From Deinococcus sp. (GTDB lineage Bacteria > Deinococcota > Deinococci > Deinococcales > Deinococcaceae), in assembly GCA_965261005.1 (NCBI GenBank), contig OZ253375.1, positions 1,536,001 through 1,600,000 on the forward strand: a stretch of DNA of 64,000 bases. Direction: 5' to 3'. The notes under the pieces were generated by a model. It had not been told where the DNA came from and did no database searches. It worked only from the letters and a program-made list of their open reading frames with translations. Each line of letters begins with the position of its first letter. The stretch's first letter is position 1. Below are positions 9,640 to 22,146 of this stretch, piece after piece. Position numbers and translations under genes: made by a program.

Positions 9640-11085
9640 TCAAATGGCCGGGTCGCCGTAGGTGTAGGAGACAAAGGCGGCGTGGCGGCCGTCGGGACTC
9701 CAGGATGGGACGTTCAGGGTGCCCTGACCGCCGTAGAGGTGCGCCAGGACGCGCACCCGGCCGGTCGCCAGCTCTTGCTCGCGGATCATGACGCGCTCGT
9801 TGGGCGGGTGGCTGGCCGCCGGCACGCTCAGGGGGTAGGAGACGTAGAGCAGCCGCGTGCCGTCCGGGGAAGGGTGGGCGAACCAGTCGTTGAGGTCGCC
9901 GAAACTCACCTGCTCCTGGTTGCTGCCGTCCGGTTTCATCCGCCAGATCTTCATCTGCCCGCTGCGGGTCGAGTTGAAGTAGATGAACCCGCCGTCCGGG
10001 CTGAACTCCGGGCCGTCGTCGAGGCCGGGGTCAGTGGTCAGGCGGGTCTCCGGTCCCCCGCCGGCGGGCATGGCGTAGACGTCGTAGTTCCCACCGCGCT
10101 CGGCGCAGTACAGCAGCGTCTCGCCGTCCGGCGACCAGCCGTGCCAATACGAGGGCGCCTCGTCGGTGACCCGGACGGGCGTCCCGCCCCCCGCGTCCAC
10201 GACGTAGATCTGCGAGCCGGCCCGCCTTTCCGGTTGCTCGGTGTGGCTCGACAGGGCCAACTTCTTGCCGTCGAACGAGAGACCGTGGTCGTTGTTGTTG
10301 TGCGTGACCTCGCCGGTGTCGAGGGGGGTGGGGCGCCCGGTATCCAGGTCGAGGCGGTAGATCAGGCCGTCCTGGTTGTAGAGCAGGTGGCCGCCGTCGC
10401 GCGACCAGTTGGGCGCCTCGAAGTGGTCGGCGCTGGCGTGGATGACCCGGCGGTGCCCGGTCTCGACCTCCAGCAGTTCCAGCCGGCTCGGCGAGGGCAC
10501 CTGGGTGCCGTCCACGCCGGGGGCGGCCGGCACGTCCAAACGGACGTTCGAGAAGACGGCCGTCTCGGTCACGTCAGTCTCGTGGGCGCAGACGAACAGG
10601 CCGGCGTACACCTCGCCCGCCAAACCGATCCGAATCCGGCCGGTCTCGACCAGAGGCTCACCTTGGCGGGCGGCCCGCATGATGATGTCCCCGCCCACGC
10701 GTTCGAGCTGCACGTCGAGGGGCGCGCTCAGGGAGGCCGCGACCTCCAGGGTGTCGGCGCCCGGGCCGGGCCGGTATTGTAGCGAGGTGAGGCCGTCGCC
10801 GTGGACCGTGGCGTCGGCGTGAATGGCGTCCCCGTCCAGCGTCTGCCGGAACATGACGCCCCACTTGCGGTGAGGATTGGTGCCCTCGCCCAGAAATTCC
10901 CCGCGCGCCGTCAGCATGAAGTCGCCCGAGACGCGCCGGGCCGCGAAGTGAAACTCGTCCGTAGCGTTCCAGATGTTGAGGCCGCCGCCCATCAGGCGGT
11001 AGGTCTGGCTTTGGGAATCGTAGGCCGTGCTGCCGGAAAGGCGCGGCGCGCCCACGTCACCCACGCTGTCGAATGCTCCTGCCAT
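9640..11085 (-). CDS. TolB-like PD40 beta-propeller protein with N-terminal beta-sandwich domain
   Basis: Repeated PD40-type motifs (PNWSRDG, GWSPDG, PEFSPDG, HPSPDG, PSWSPDG); AGGAG SD before ATG 11085. Confidence 0.8.
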   Translation of the reverse strand: MAGAFDSVGDVGAPRLSGSTAYDSQSQTYRLMGGGLNIWNATDEFHFAARRVSGDFMLTARGEFLGEGTNPHRKWGVMFRQTLDGDAIHADATVHGDGLTSLQYRPGPGADTLEVAASLSAPLDVQLERVGGDIIMRAARQGEPLVETGRIRIGLAGEVYAGLFVCAHETDVTETAVFSNVRLDVPAAPGVDGTQVPSPSRLELLEVETGHRRVIHASADHFEAPNWSRDGGHLLYNQDGLIYRLDLDTGRPTPLDTGEVTHNNNDHGLSFDGKKLALSSHTEQPERRAGSQIYVVDAGGGTPVRVTDEAPSYWHGWSPDGETLLYCAERGGNYDVYAMPAGGGPETRLTTDPGLDDGPEFSPDGGFIYFNSTRSGQMKIWRMKPDGSNQEQVSFGDLNDWFAHPSPDGTRLLYVSYPLSVPAASHPPNERVMIREQELATGRVRVLAHLYGGQGTLNVPSWSPDGRHAAFVSYTYGDPAI

Positions 11086-11103
11086 GCGCGCTCCTGTGGT
11101 CGC

Positions 11104-11134
11104 CAAAGGTGGGAGGCTCCGCCTCCCACCTTTG
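11104..11134. other. Perfect 14-bp intercistronic hairpin
   Basis: CAAAGGTGGGAGGC-TCC-GCCTCCCACCTTTG directly after the SBP gene; no U-tail. Confidence 0.7.
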
Positions 11135-11145
11135 TGGGACGTGCT

Positions 11146-12390
11146 TCAGAAAACCTGGTCGTACTTGGCCTGGAGTTCCTTGATGAACTGGTCGGCGGTC
11201 ATGCTCGGGGTGTTCCAAAAGGCGTCGGTCAGGTCGGCGGTGGCGCCGGCCCAATCCGGGTCCATGGTGATGTTGTCCACGGGGTGACCGAAGCCGGGCT
11301 TGCCCAAGGCGGCCAGCACCATTTTCGCGTGCTTGTCGATGCCCGACTTGGCGTCCAGCCGCACGGGGGTGCTGCCCTTGATCACGCTGAACTGCTCGGT
11401 GATGGGCCTCTGGAGCATGATCTTGAAGAGGGCCTCCTGGGCGGCGTTCTTGCTGGCGTTCTTGGGGGCCAGAAAGGTCTCCTCGTCCACCGTCACCTGG
11501 ACGCCGTCGGCGCCGGGCAGCAGCCGGGTCTCGAAGTCGCTGCCGAGCTTTTTCTTGGCGGCCAGGAACTCCCCTTTCATCCAGTCGCCGTGAATCTGCA
11601 TCAGGGCGTCACCGCGAATCACCATGGCGGTGGTGTCGTTCCAGTTGCGGTTGGCGCTGCCGGGATCGGCCGCCTGCTGCATCTTGCGGAAGTACCCCAG
11701 CGCTTGGCGCATCGCCCCAGAGTCAATCGAGGCCCGCTTGGGCTTGAGGCCGTAGATGTCGTCGTACAGCTTGCCCGAGACCCCGACCACCATGGAGCCG
11801 AGCAGGTAGTCGAGCTGCCACTTCTGGGCGCCGATGGCCAGCGGGATGATGCCGGCCTTTTTGATCTTGGGAAAGTCGGCGAACATCGCGTCCAGGCTTT
11901 GCCAAGAGGCGGGATCGACGCCGGCCTTTTTCGCCGCCGCGACGTTCCAGAACATGGTGCCGACGATGTGAATGGCCAGCGGCGCGCTGACAACCTTGCC
12001 GTCCACCGTCATGGCGTTCTTGACGGCGGGCGGGATCACCTTGTCGAGGCCCAGCGAGTTGTAGTAGGCGGTGAAGTCGTGCAGCAACCCCTGCTGCATC
12101 AGCGCGCGCCGCGTGTAGACGTTGCTCTCGACGAAGACATCCGGCGGGTTGCCGCCGGTGATCATGTTGATGAGGGGAATGCTCGCGCCGGTGTCGTGGG
12201 CAACCGTGATGTCCTTCCACACGCCGCCCTGCGCCTGAAAGGCCGTCCGGATGACGTTGAGCGCGCCGAGTTCGGCCGGCGCGGACCAGTTGTTGAAGAC
12301 GACCAGTTCGCCGAGGGGCTTCTTTTGGGCCTCGCCCGTGCCGATCAGAACCGCCGCCATCGCCACGCTGAGGGCCAGTACCTTTTTCAT
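11146..12390 (-). CDS. Sugar ABC transporter substrate-binding protein (GtsA-like)
   Basis: Signal peptide MKKVLALSVAMAAV; PLAIH, GDWMKGEF, KGSTPVR; AAGGAG SD. Confidence 0.85.
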   Translation of the reverse strand: MKKVLALSVAMAAVLIGTGEAQKKPLGELVVFNNWSAPAELGALNVIRTAFQAQGGVWKDITVAHDTGASIPLINMITGGNPPDVFVESNVYTRRALMQQGLLHDFTAYYNSLGLDKVIPPAVKNAMTVDGKVVSAPLAIHIVGTMFWNVAAAKKAGVDPASWQSLDAMFADFPKIKKAGIIPLAIGAQKWQLDYLLGSMVVGVSGKLYDDIYGLKPKRASIDSGAMRQALGYFRKMQQAADPGSANRNWNDTTAMVIRGDALMQIHGDWMKGEFLAAKKKLGSDFETRLLPGADGVQVTVDEETFLAPKNASKNAAQEALFKIMLQRPITEQFSVIKGSTPVRLDAKSGIDKHAKMVLAALGKPGFGHPVDNITMDPDWAGATADLTDAFWNTPSMTADQFIKELQAKYDQVF

Positions 12391-12444
12391 GCGCTTCTCC
12401 TTCAAAACCGTCTCCGGCTGAGCCGGGCGAGGGGCGAACCCGTG

Positions 12445-13533
12445 CTACAGCCGCAGCGAGGTCGCGCGGTCGAAGATCGAGGCTTTCGATAGGTCAATGC
12501 CCAGCCGCAGTTCCTCGTCGGCACGCGCGCCCGCGACGTCCGAGGGGTTGAGGCTGGCCACCAGGTCGGTCCGGCCGAGCTGGCAGTAGCACAGCACGTT
12601 GGCGCCCAGCGGCTCGACGATGTTCAGCGTGGTCGGGTAGCCGGCCTCGCCCCCCGCCGGCAAGTGAAAGTGTTCGGGGCGCACGCCCAGGATGACCTCC
12701 TCTCCCCCCCTCGGTCTGGAGACGAACGGGTAGGCCGACACGTCGAAGGTGGCGCCGTCCCCCGTGAGCACCCGGACGCCGGGACCGGGCGAGAGCGTAC
12801 CCTCGATGAAGTTCATGGGCGGGGAGCCGATGAAGCGGGCGACAAAGGTGTTGGCGGGCCGGTCGTAGAGTTCCTCCGGGGTCGAGATCTGCGAGAACTG
12901 CCCGCCGTTCATCACGGCGACCCGCGTCGCCAGGGTCATCGCCTCGACCTGGTCATGGGTGACGTAGATGAAGGTGCTGCGGACCTTTTTGTGCAGCCGC
13001 TTGAGTTCGATGCGCATCTCGGTGCGCAGCTTGGCGTCCAGGTTCGAGAGCGGCTCGTCGAACAGGCAGATGTCGGCGTCGCGCACCAGGGCGCGGCCGA
13101 TGGCGGCGCGCTGCCGCTGGCCGCCCGACAAGGTGGCCGGCTTGCGGTGCAGCAACTCCCTGATCTGCAACAGCTCGGCCGTCTCGTTCACCTTTTGCTC
13201 GATAAAGGCCGGACTCTTCTTCTTCATGCGCAGACAAAAGGCCATGTTGCCGTAGACGGTCTTGGTGGGGTACAGGGCGTAGGACTGAAACACCATCGCG
13301 ATGCCGCGCTCGCTGGGGTCAGCGTTGGTCAAATCCCGCCCGCCGATCTCGATGCGGCCGCCCTCCACGTCCATCAAGCCGGCGATGCAGTTGAGCAGGG
13401 TGGACTTTCCGCAGCCCGACGGGCCGAGCAGGACCAGAAACTCGCCCGACGCGATCTCCAAGCTGAGGTCCTTGAGGATGTGGGTCTTCCCCTGATAGAT
13501 CTTGTCCAGATGTTTCACGGCGACGGTTGACAT
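12445..13533 (-). CDS. Sugar ABC transporter ATPase (MalK/MsmX family)
   Basis: GPSGCGKS, VFQSYALYP, LSGGQRQR, DEPLSNLDAKLR, TOBE tail. Confidence 0.95.
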   Translation of the reverse strand: MSTVAVKHLDKIYQGKTHILKDLSLEIASGEFLVLLGPSGCGKSTLLNCIAGLMDVEGGRIEIGGRDLTNADPSERGIAMVFQSYALYPTKTVYGNMAFCLRMKKKSPAFIEQKVNETAELLQIRELLHRKPATLSGGQRQRAAIGRALVRDADICLFDEPLSNLDAKLRTEMRIELKRLHKKVRSTFIYVTHDQVEAMTLATRVAVMNGGQFSQISTPEELYDRPANTFVARFIGSPPMNFIEGTLSPGPGVRVLTGDGATFDVSAYPFVSRPRGGEEVILGVRPEHFHLPAGGEAGYPTTLNIVEPLGANVLCYCQLGRTDLVASLNPSDVAGARADEELRLGIDLSKASIFDRATSLRL

Positions 13534-13558
13534 GGCGCTTTTCCCTACCCTTTCTGGC

Positions 13559-14461
13559 TCAACCCTTCATGGCCCCGGCCGCGATGCCGCGAATGAACAG
13601 CTTCCCGGCGAGAAAGTAGATGATCAGCGGCGGAATGGCGGTCAGCAGCGCCGCCGCCATGTAGACGTTGTAGAGGCGCACGCCGGTCTGGGTCTGGGTG
13701 ATGTTATTGAGGTTGACCGTCATGGGGTAAGCCTGCACGTTGCCAAAGGTGAGGCCGACCAGAAAGTCGTTCCAGATGCCGGTGATCTGGAGAATCGCGA
13801 CGACGATCATGATGTTGGGCGACAGCGGCAGGATGACGTGGAAAAAGGTCCCCAGAAAGCGGCCGCCGTCCATGCGGGCCGCCTTGATCAAATCGGGGGG
13901 AATCGAGAGAAAGAAGTTGCGGAAGATCAGGGTCAGGATCGGCAGCGCCAGAATGGTGTGGACCACCGAGACGCCAAAGGAGGTGTTGTAGATGCCCAGC
14001 ATGGCCGTCATCTTGATCAGCGGGTACATGATGATCGGAAAGGGGATAAAGGCGCAGACCAGCAGCAGCGACAGCAGCAGGTTGCCGATTTTCACCCGCC
14101 ACAAGGCCAGCGCGTAGCCGCAGATCGAGGAGATGGCCACCGACATCGCGAGGCTCGGAATCAGGATCAGGACGGAGTTCCAAAAGCCGGACTTGAGGCC
14201 GGTGTTGGTAAACCCGCTGGCCGCCTTGTTCCAAGCGATGTCCCAGGCCGCGAAGCTCGGCCTCAAGGGCAGCGCGAAGATGTGCCCCAAGCGAATCTCG
14301 TCCATCGACTTGAGCGACGTGACGACCATGACGTACAGCGGCAGGGCAAACAGGACGGCGAACAGGACCAGGATCAAAAAGACGACGACCTTGGAGACCG
14401 GGTTTCTCGTCGGAATGCGGTTGGGCAGGGCCAGCGAGCGGGGGGGCAGAACGGTGGTCAT
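13559..14461 (-). CDS. Carbohydrate ABC permease (MalG-like)
   Basis: Multiple TM segments, EAA-like IPPDLIKAARMDG, WNDFL; ATG overlaps the upstream stop. Confidence 0.9.
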   Translation of the reverse strand: MTTVLPPRSLALPNRIPTRNPVSKVVVFLILVLFAVLFALPLYVMVVTSLKSMDEIRLGHIFALPLRPSFAAWDIAWNKAASGFTNTGLKSGFWNSVLILIPSLAMSVAISSICGYALALWRVKIGNLLLSLLLVCAFIPFPIIMYPLIKMTAMLGIYNTSFGVSVVHTILALPILTLIFRNFFLSIPPDLIKAARMDGGRFLGTFFHVILPLSPNIMIVVAILQITGIWNDFLVGLTFGNVQAYPMTVNLNNITQTQTGVRLYNVYMAAALLTAIPPLIIYFLAGKLFIRGIAAGAMKG

Positions 14462-15372
14462 GGCGTCTTTCTCCTGTTCAGGACCAGGTTGATCAGCGGA
14501 ACGGCGACCAGAAATGCCACGACGATCAGCAGCAGAACGCTGGACCCGGCCGCGCCCAGCGCGATGAAGTGACGGTTGATGTACGTGTCCACGATGTAGT
14601 ACGCCGGCAGCACCGAGTGCCCCCCCGGCCCGCCGTTGGTCATCGCCACGATGATGTCGTAGGCCTTGACCGCCCCGATGGAGAGCAGCACCAAGCTGGT
14701 CAAAAAGGTGAAGCTCATCATCGGGATGATGACCTCCAGGTACATCCTGAACTTGGGGATGCCGTCGATGCGGCTGGCCTGCCACACCTCGCCGTCGATG
14801 GCCTTGAGACCCGCCGAACACAGCACCATGTAAAAGCCCGTGCTTTGCCACACCGACGCGAGGATCACGGCGTACATCACCTTGTCCTTGTCGCCCACCC
14901 AGTTGAAGACGAACCCGCTCAGCCCCAGGTCGCGCACGAACTGCTGTACACCCAAGGTGGGGTTGAACAGCCACTGCCACACCAGGCCCGTGATGATCAG
15001 CGAGATGGCCAGCGGGTACAGGTAGATCGTGCGGAACAGGCCCGCGCCCGGCACGTCGCCCTCCAGCAGCACGGCCAAGATAAAGCCCAGCACCAAGCTG
15101 AGCAGGCTGCCCAGCGCGAAGATGACCAGGTTGTGCAGCGAGAGCGACCACAGGTCGTCCTGAAAAAGGCGCAGGTACTGGCGCAACCCGACGAAGGTCA
15201 TGTCCGGAAAAATCTTGCTGGCCGTAAAGGACATCACGATGGACCACAGCGTTGACCCGAAGTAGAACAGCAGGGCGGCGATCAGCACCGGCAGCGCCGC
15301 CAAGGTCGCGGCGTGCCGGTGAACGAAGCCCACCCGCTTGGCGGGGCGGGGCGGGGCGCTCACCTCGATCAT
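14458..15372 (-). CDS. Carbohydrate ABC permease (MalF-like)
   Basis: FVGLRQY, FRTIYLYP, WQASRIDG, MTNGGPG; start position uncertain. Confidence 0.88.
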   Translation of the reverse strand: MIEVSAPPRPAKRVGFVHRHAATLAALPVLIAALLFYFGSTLWSIVMSFTASKIFPDMTFVGLRQYLRLFQDDLWSLSLHNLVIFALGSLLSLVLGFILAVLLEGDVPGAGLFRTIYLYPLAISLIITGLVWQWLFNPTLGVQQFVRDLGLSGFVFNWVGDKDKVMYAVILASVWQSTGFYMVLCSAGLKAIDGEVWQASRIDGIPKFRMYLEVIIPMMSFTFLTSLVLLSIGAVKAYDIIVAMTNGGPGGHSVLPAYYIVDTYINRHFIALGAAGSSVLLLIVVAFLVAVPLINLVLNRRKTP

Positions 15373-15577
15373 GCGGAACGACCGGATGGGGCATCGGCGC
15401 GCCGGAAGCGAATCCGGCTGACAGCGAGGGGGGAGTGAACCACTTCGTCACACGCTCCTTTTTCAACGTCTTAAACGGCGAGACTTTAAAAAGCAGAACC
15501 TCAAAAGCCCGAACTCGCGAAGCTTGGCCGGAAGGACGCCGCAGCCGCCTATCGTCTGGTTGTGTAAGGACGTGTTG

Positions 15578-15606
15578 AGCCTAGAGCGGTGGATGGTCCC
15601 TGTCAA
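15578..15606 (-). promoter_or_regulatory. Sigma70-type promoter of the sugar ABC operon
   Basis: TTGACA-17 bp-TAGGCT on the minus strand. Confidence 0.75.
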
Positions 15607-15810
15607 GCGAAGCGGGGGCGGGGGGCGGGGGTCAGTGGGCGTCACCCACCGCCCCACCCGCCGTCGTACACTCCCCCTGAGCAGCGGCTCCAGCCAGGTT
15701 CGTCACAAAACTGGGCCAGTCCAACAAGCACAAAAGACAACGAACCGAACCGAACCTGCCGTGTTTCACAAGCCACCTTTTCATCACAAGGTTCATCACA
15801 AGGAGTTCCC

Positions 15811-16992
15811 ATGCGTGAAGCTGTCATCGTCTCCACCGCCCGCACCCCCATCGGCAAGGCGTACCGGGGCGCTTTGAACAACACCCACGGCGCCGACATG
15901 GGCGCGCACGTCGTTTGTCACGCGCTGGAGCGCGCGGGCGTGGCGCCGCAGGAGGTCGAGGACGTCCTGATGGGCGTCGCCTACCCCGAGGGGGCGACCG
16001 GCCAGAACATCGCCCGGCAGGTGGCGATGCGCGCGGGATTGCCGGTCAGCGTGGCGGGGGCGACCGTGAACCGCTTTTGCTCCAGCGGCCTGAACACCAT
16101 CGCGATGGCGGCGCAGGCCATCATGACCGGCGACGCCGACATCATGGTGGCGGGCGGGCTAGAGAACATCAGCTTGGTGCAGAACGAACACATGAACAAG
16201 TACCGGGTGCTGAACGACTGGATCGTGGAACACAAGCCAGAGCTGTACTGGTCCATGATCCGCACCGCCGAGCAGGTGGCGGAGCGCTACGGCATCTCGC
16301 GCGAGGCGCAGGACGAGTACGGCCTGCAAAGCCAGCTGCGAACGGCGCGAGCCTGGGCGGAGGGCCGCTTCGACGCCGAGGTGGTGCCGATGACGACCAC
16401 CAAAATTGTGGTGGACAAAGTGACCGGGGAGGCTTCCGAGCAGGAGGTCACCCTCCAGCGGGACGAGGGCGTGCGTGGGGACACGACGGCGCAGGGGCTG
16501 GCCGGCCTCAAGACCGTCAACGAGGGCGGCTTCATCACCGCCGGCAACGCCAGCCAGCTCTCGGACGGCGCCAGCGCCTGCGTGATGATGAGCGCCGAGC
16601 TGGCCGAGGCGCGCGGCCTGACCCCACTCGGCGTCTTCCGGGGCTTCACGGCGGTCGGCTGCGAGCCGGACGAGATGGGCATCGGCCCAGTGTTCGCGGT
16701 GCCCAAGCTGCTGAAGCGTCACGGCTTGAGCGTGGACGACATCGGGTTGTGGGAGCTGAACGAGGCGTTCGCGGTGCAGGTCATCTACTGCCGCGACCGC
16801 CTCGGCATCCCGAACGAGCGGCTCAACGTGGACGGCGGCGCCATCGCGGTCGGCCACCCCTACGGCATGAGCGGCGCCCGCCTGACCGGCCACGCCCTGA
16901 TCGAGGCGCGGCGGCGCGGCGAAAAGTACGCCGTCGTGACCATGTGCGTCGGCGGGGGGATGGGGGCGGCGGGGCTGTTTGAGGTGGTATGA
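15811..16992 (+). CDS. Acetyl-CoA C-acyltransferase (thiolase)
   Basis: [41 protein letters not shown]. Confidence 0.95.
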   Translation: MREAVIVSTARTPIGKAYRGALNNTHGADMGAHVVCHALERAGVAPQEVEDVLMGVAYPEGATGQNIARQVAMRAGLPVSVAGATVNRFCSSGLNTIAMAAQAIMTGDADIMVAGGLENISLVQNEHMNKYRVLNDWIVEHKPELYWSMIRTAEQVAERYGISREAQDEYGLQSQLRTARAWAEGRFDAEVVPMTTTKIVVDKVTGEASEQEVTLQRDEGVRGDTTAQGLAGLKTVNEGGFITAGNASQLSDGASACVMMSAELAEARGLTPLGVFRGFTAVGCEPDEMGIGPVFAVPKLLKRHGLSVDDIGLWELNEAFAVQVIYCRDRLGIPNERLNVDGGAIAVGHPYGMSGARLTGHALIEARRRGEKYAVVTMCVGGGMGAAGLFEVV

Positions 16993-17015
16993 GGCACGAG
17001 AGGAGAATTGCAAAG

Positions 17016-17273
17016 ATGGAGCGGCCAAAGTTCTATGAACTTAAACTTCAGGCGCAAGGCTATCTCTCCATTCCAGACGCCGTATGCGCGGAGCTGAGCG
17101 TTCAAGAGGGCGATGAGCTGCTGCTCGTGCGCGACGAGGGCGGCTACCGCCTTACGACGCGTAACGCTTTGCTTGAAACGGTTATTGGTAGCTTGGCGCG
17201 CGACGACGGGCGCGACCTGACCGAGGAATTTCTGGAAGATCGTCGGGAAGAGGCTCGGGAAAAAGGGTGGTGA
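17016..17273 (+). CDS. AbrB/MazE/SpoVT-family antitoxin-like protein (orphan)
   Basis: QGYLSIPDAVCAELSVQEGDELLL swapped-hairpin pattern; acidic C-terminus. Confidence 0.75.
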   Translation: MERPKFYELKLQAQGYLSIPDAVCAELSVQEGDELLLVRDEGGYRLTTRNALLETVIGSLARDDGRDLTEEFLEDRREEAREKGW

Positions 17274-17372
17274 GCCGGCAGTTCCGTTCAAGCCTCGAAC
17301 GTTGCTGCCCGCCCAGAATCTCAGGCTAGGTCAAACGCAAAGTCCTAAAACAAGGGCAAAATTGCTCACACA

Positions 17373-17500
17373 GCTCCTCCTCCCTTGAGGGGGAGGTTGG
17401 GAGGGGTAGGCGAATCGGCCCACATGCGCGCTCGTTACCCCCTCCCCGGCCCTCTTTTCGAGGTGCTTCGCGCTCCCTCTCAGTGGGGAGGGAGAAAAGA
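17373..17500. repeat. Pair of degenerate palindromic CCCTC..GAGGG repeats in inverted orientation
   Basis: Minus copy 17373-17407 (CCCCTCCCAACCTCCCCCTCAAGGGAGGAGGAGC); plus copy 17437-17500 with an internal insertion. Confidence 0.6.
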
Positions 17501-17541
17501 TCAAGTCCCGGCTCAACCCCGCCCGACCTTAAGGAGCAAGC

Positions 17542-19337
<1,796 letters not shown>

Positions 19338-19341
<4 letters not shown>

Positions 19342-19365
19342 TTTGCTGACCAAAAAAAGTAGACT
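19338..19365 (+). promoter_or_regulatory. Leaderless promoter of the TA module
   Basis: TTGATT-16-TAGACT, 6 nt before GTG 19372. Confidence 0.55.
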
Positions 19366-19371
19366 AAATTC

Positions 19372-19605
19372 GTGAAAACGCTCAACGTTCACGAGGCCAA
19401 AACCCACCTTTCCGCGCTGATTGACGCCGTGCAACGTGGGGAGGAGATCGTGATCCTGCGTCACGGCAAACCGGCGGCCAAGCTGGTCCCAGCGGCCGAG
19501 CGGGGGATGCGTACCCTCGGGTTTTATCCCATCGCCTTTACCAGTGACCTGACCGAGCCGACCTCCGAGGACGTCCTGCAAGACTTCGACGGCGCGGCGC
19601 CTTGA
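19372..19605 (+). CDS. Type II antitoxin, Phd/YefM family
   Basis: NVHEAKTHLSALIDAVQRGEEIVILRHGKPAAKLVP. Confidence 0.92.
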   Translation: MKTLNVHEAKTHLSALIDAVQRGEEIVILRHGKPAAKLVPAAERGMRTLGFYPIAFTSDLTEPTSEDVLQDFDGAAP

Positions 19606-20000
19606 GCGGACGCTACCTGCTGGACACTCACGCTCTCGCGTGGTCGGTGGGCGCGCCGCACCTGCTCAGCGAAACGGCGCGCGGCGTTTTGCAAGACCCG
19701 GCGGCGCGGCCCGTCGTCAGCCCGGCCAGCGTATGGGAGATGAGCATCAAGCACCACCTCGGCAAGTGGCCGGAGGTGGCGCCCTTTATGGATGAGCAGC
19801 TCTACAAACAGTTCCTGCGGCAGCTGGGCGCGGAGGAATTGCCCATCATGTCCGGGCACGCGCGCCTCGCCGGCCAGTGGCGCGCGCCGCACCGCGACCC
19901 GTTCGACCGTCTGATCGCGGCACAGGCCGTCCTCGAAGGCGTGCCCGTCATCAGCAAAGACGCCGCGCTCGACTTGTTCGCCGTGAACCGCATCTGGTAA
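19602..20000 (+). CDS. vapC: Type II toxin, VapC/PIN domain
   Basis: YLLDTH, SPASVWE, HRDPFDRLIAAQA, SKD; overlaps the antitoxin stop. Confidence 0.92.
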   Translation: MSGRYLLDTHALAWSVGAPHLLSETARGVLQDPAARPVVSPASVWEMSIKHHLGKWPEVAPFMDEQLYKQFLRQLGAEELPIMSGHARLAGQWRAPHRDPFDRLIAAQAVLEGVPVISKDAALDLFAVNRIW

Positions 20001-20019
20001 AGGTGCCAAAGGAGAACCC

Positions 20020-20867
20020 ATGCAACCTCCCCAACTCCCCGAACCCCAGTTTGCCAACGTCGGCGGGCGGCGCCTCGCCTACGACGAGGTGACGCCACAA
20101 CACCCGAAGGGCACCATCTTGCTGCTGACCGGCTTGGGCGGCAAGCGCCTCGGTTGGGTGCGGCAGCTGCCGGTCTTCGGGCAGACTTACCGCACCCTCG
20201 CGATGGACCACCGCGACGTGGGCGACAGCGACCCTTACGGGGAGTCGTACACGGTGGGGGACCAAGCGGACGACGCGGCGGCCCTGCTGCGCGCCCTGAG
20301 CGCCGCCCCGGCGCACGTCGTCGGCATCAGCATGGGGGGCATGATCGCGCTGAACCTCGCCGCGCGGCACCCTGAGTTGGTGAGGAGCTTGGTGCTGGTC
20401 GCCACCTCGGCGGGCGGGGCAACCCACGTCGGCCCCACGCCAGAGGCGGCGGCGGTGCTGCGGCCCGACCCAGGCGCGGAAATCGGCGAGCGCGCCGCGC
20501 GGACCTACCGCACCATCACCGCGCCGGGCTACCTGGACGCCCACCCCGAGGAGGCCGAGCTGATCGCGCGGGCCGCGCGCCACAAGCCCATGAGCCTGGA
20601 CAGCTACACCCGCCAGTACGGCGCGGTGATGTCGCACGACGTCACGGCCCAGCTGCCCAACCTTCATATCCCCACGCTGGTCGTCCACGGCGACGCCGAC
20701 CCGCTGGTGCCGCCGGGCAACGGCTACCACCTCGCCAGGGAGATTCCGGGGGCCAAGCTGATCATCTATAGCGACACCGGCCACATTCCCATCATGGAGC
20801 GGGCGGAGGACTTCAACCGCGACGTGCTGGCGTTTATTGACCGGGAAAACGGCAGGCGGGAGAACGC

Positions 20868-20871
<4 letters not shown>
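20020..20871 (+). CDS. Alpha/beta hydrolase
   Basis: GISMGG nucleophile elbow, GDADPL, TGH. Confidence 0.9.
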
Positions 20872-21640
<769 letters not shown>

Positions 21641-21644
<4 letters not shown>

Positions 21645-22135
21645 CGGAGACCCCCCTCACCCCCCAACCCCCTCTCCCGCAGGGGGAGAGGGGGAGCTTA
21701 AAAGAACTGCGCGCCCGTGTCGGGCGGGAAGTCGGCGTGAGCGAATGGTTTCAAGTCACGCAGGACGTAGTGAACCGGTTCGCGGACGCCACGGGAGATG
21801 ACCAGTTCATTCACGTGGACCCGGAGCGAGCGGCCCAGACGCCCTTCGGCGGCCCCGTCACGCACGGCTTTCTGACGCTCTCGCTGCTGGCCGGGCACCT
21901 GAGCTTGGGAGGCGCGCTCGACCTCGGCGGGCGCATGACCGTGAACTACGGCCTGAACAAGGTGCGCTTTGTCTCCCCGGTCCGCGTGGGCGCCCGCGTG
22001 CGCGGCCGCGCCGAGCTGCTGAGCATTGAGGATGGGAACGGCTGGGCGCAGCTGACGCTGAGGCAGACCGTGGAGATCGAGGGAGAGGAGAAGGTGGCCT
22101 TGGTCGCGGAGACGATCATGCGGACGTATTTTTAA
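21641..22135 (+). CDS. MaoC-family (NodN-like) dehydratase
   Basis: FADATGDDQFIHVDP, THGFLTLSL, NYGLNKVRF; ATGA overlap with SDR. Confidence 0.9.
21652..21700 (+). repeat. Palindromic repeat copy, in-frame within the MaoC gene
   Basis: CCCCCTCACCCCCCAACCCCCTCTCCCGCAGGGGGAGAGGGGGAGCTTAA; near-identical to the copies at 54518 and 60058. Confidence 0.8.
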
Positions 22136-22146
22136 AAGGCAGGAAG

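Noticed and set aside
13559..15466. 635-aa ORF as one fused protein
   Set aside because: The N-terminal half is an Arg/Gly/Pro-rich off-frame reading of the first permease; only 13559-14461 looks like a real permease
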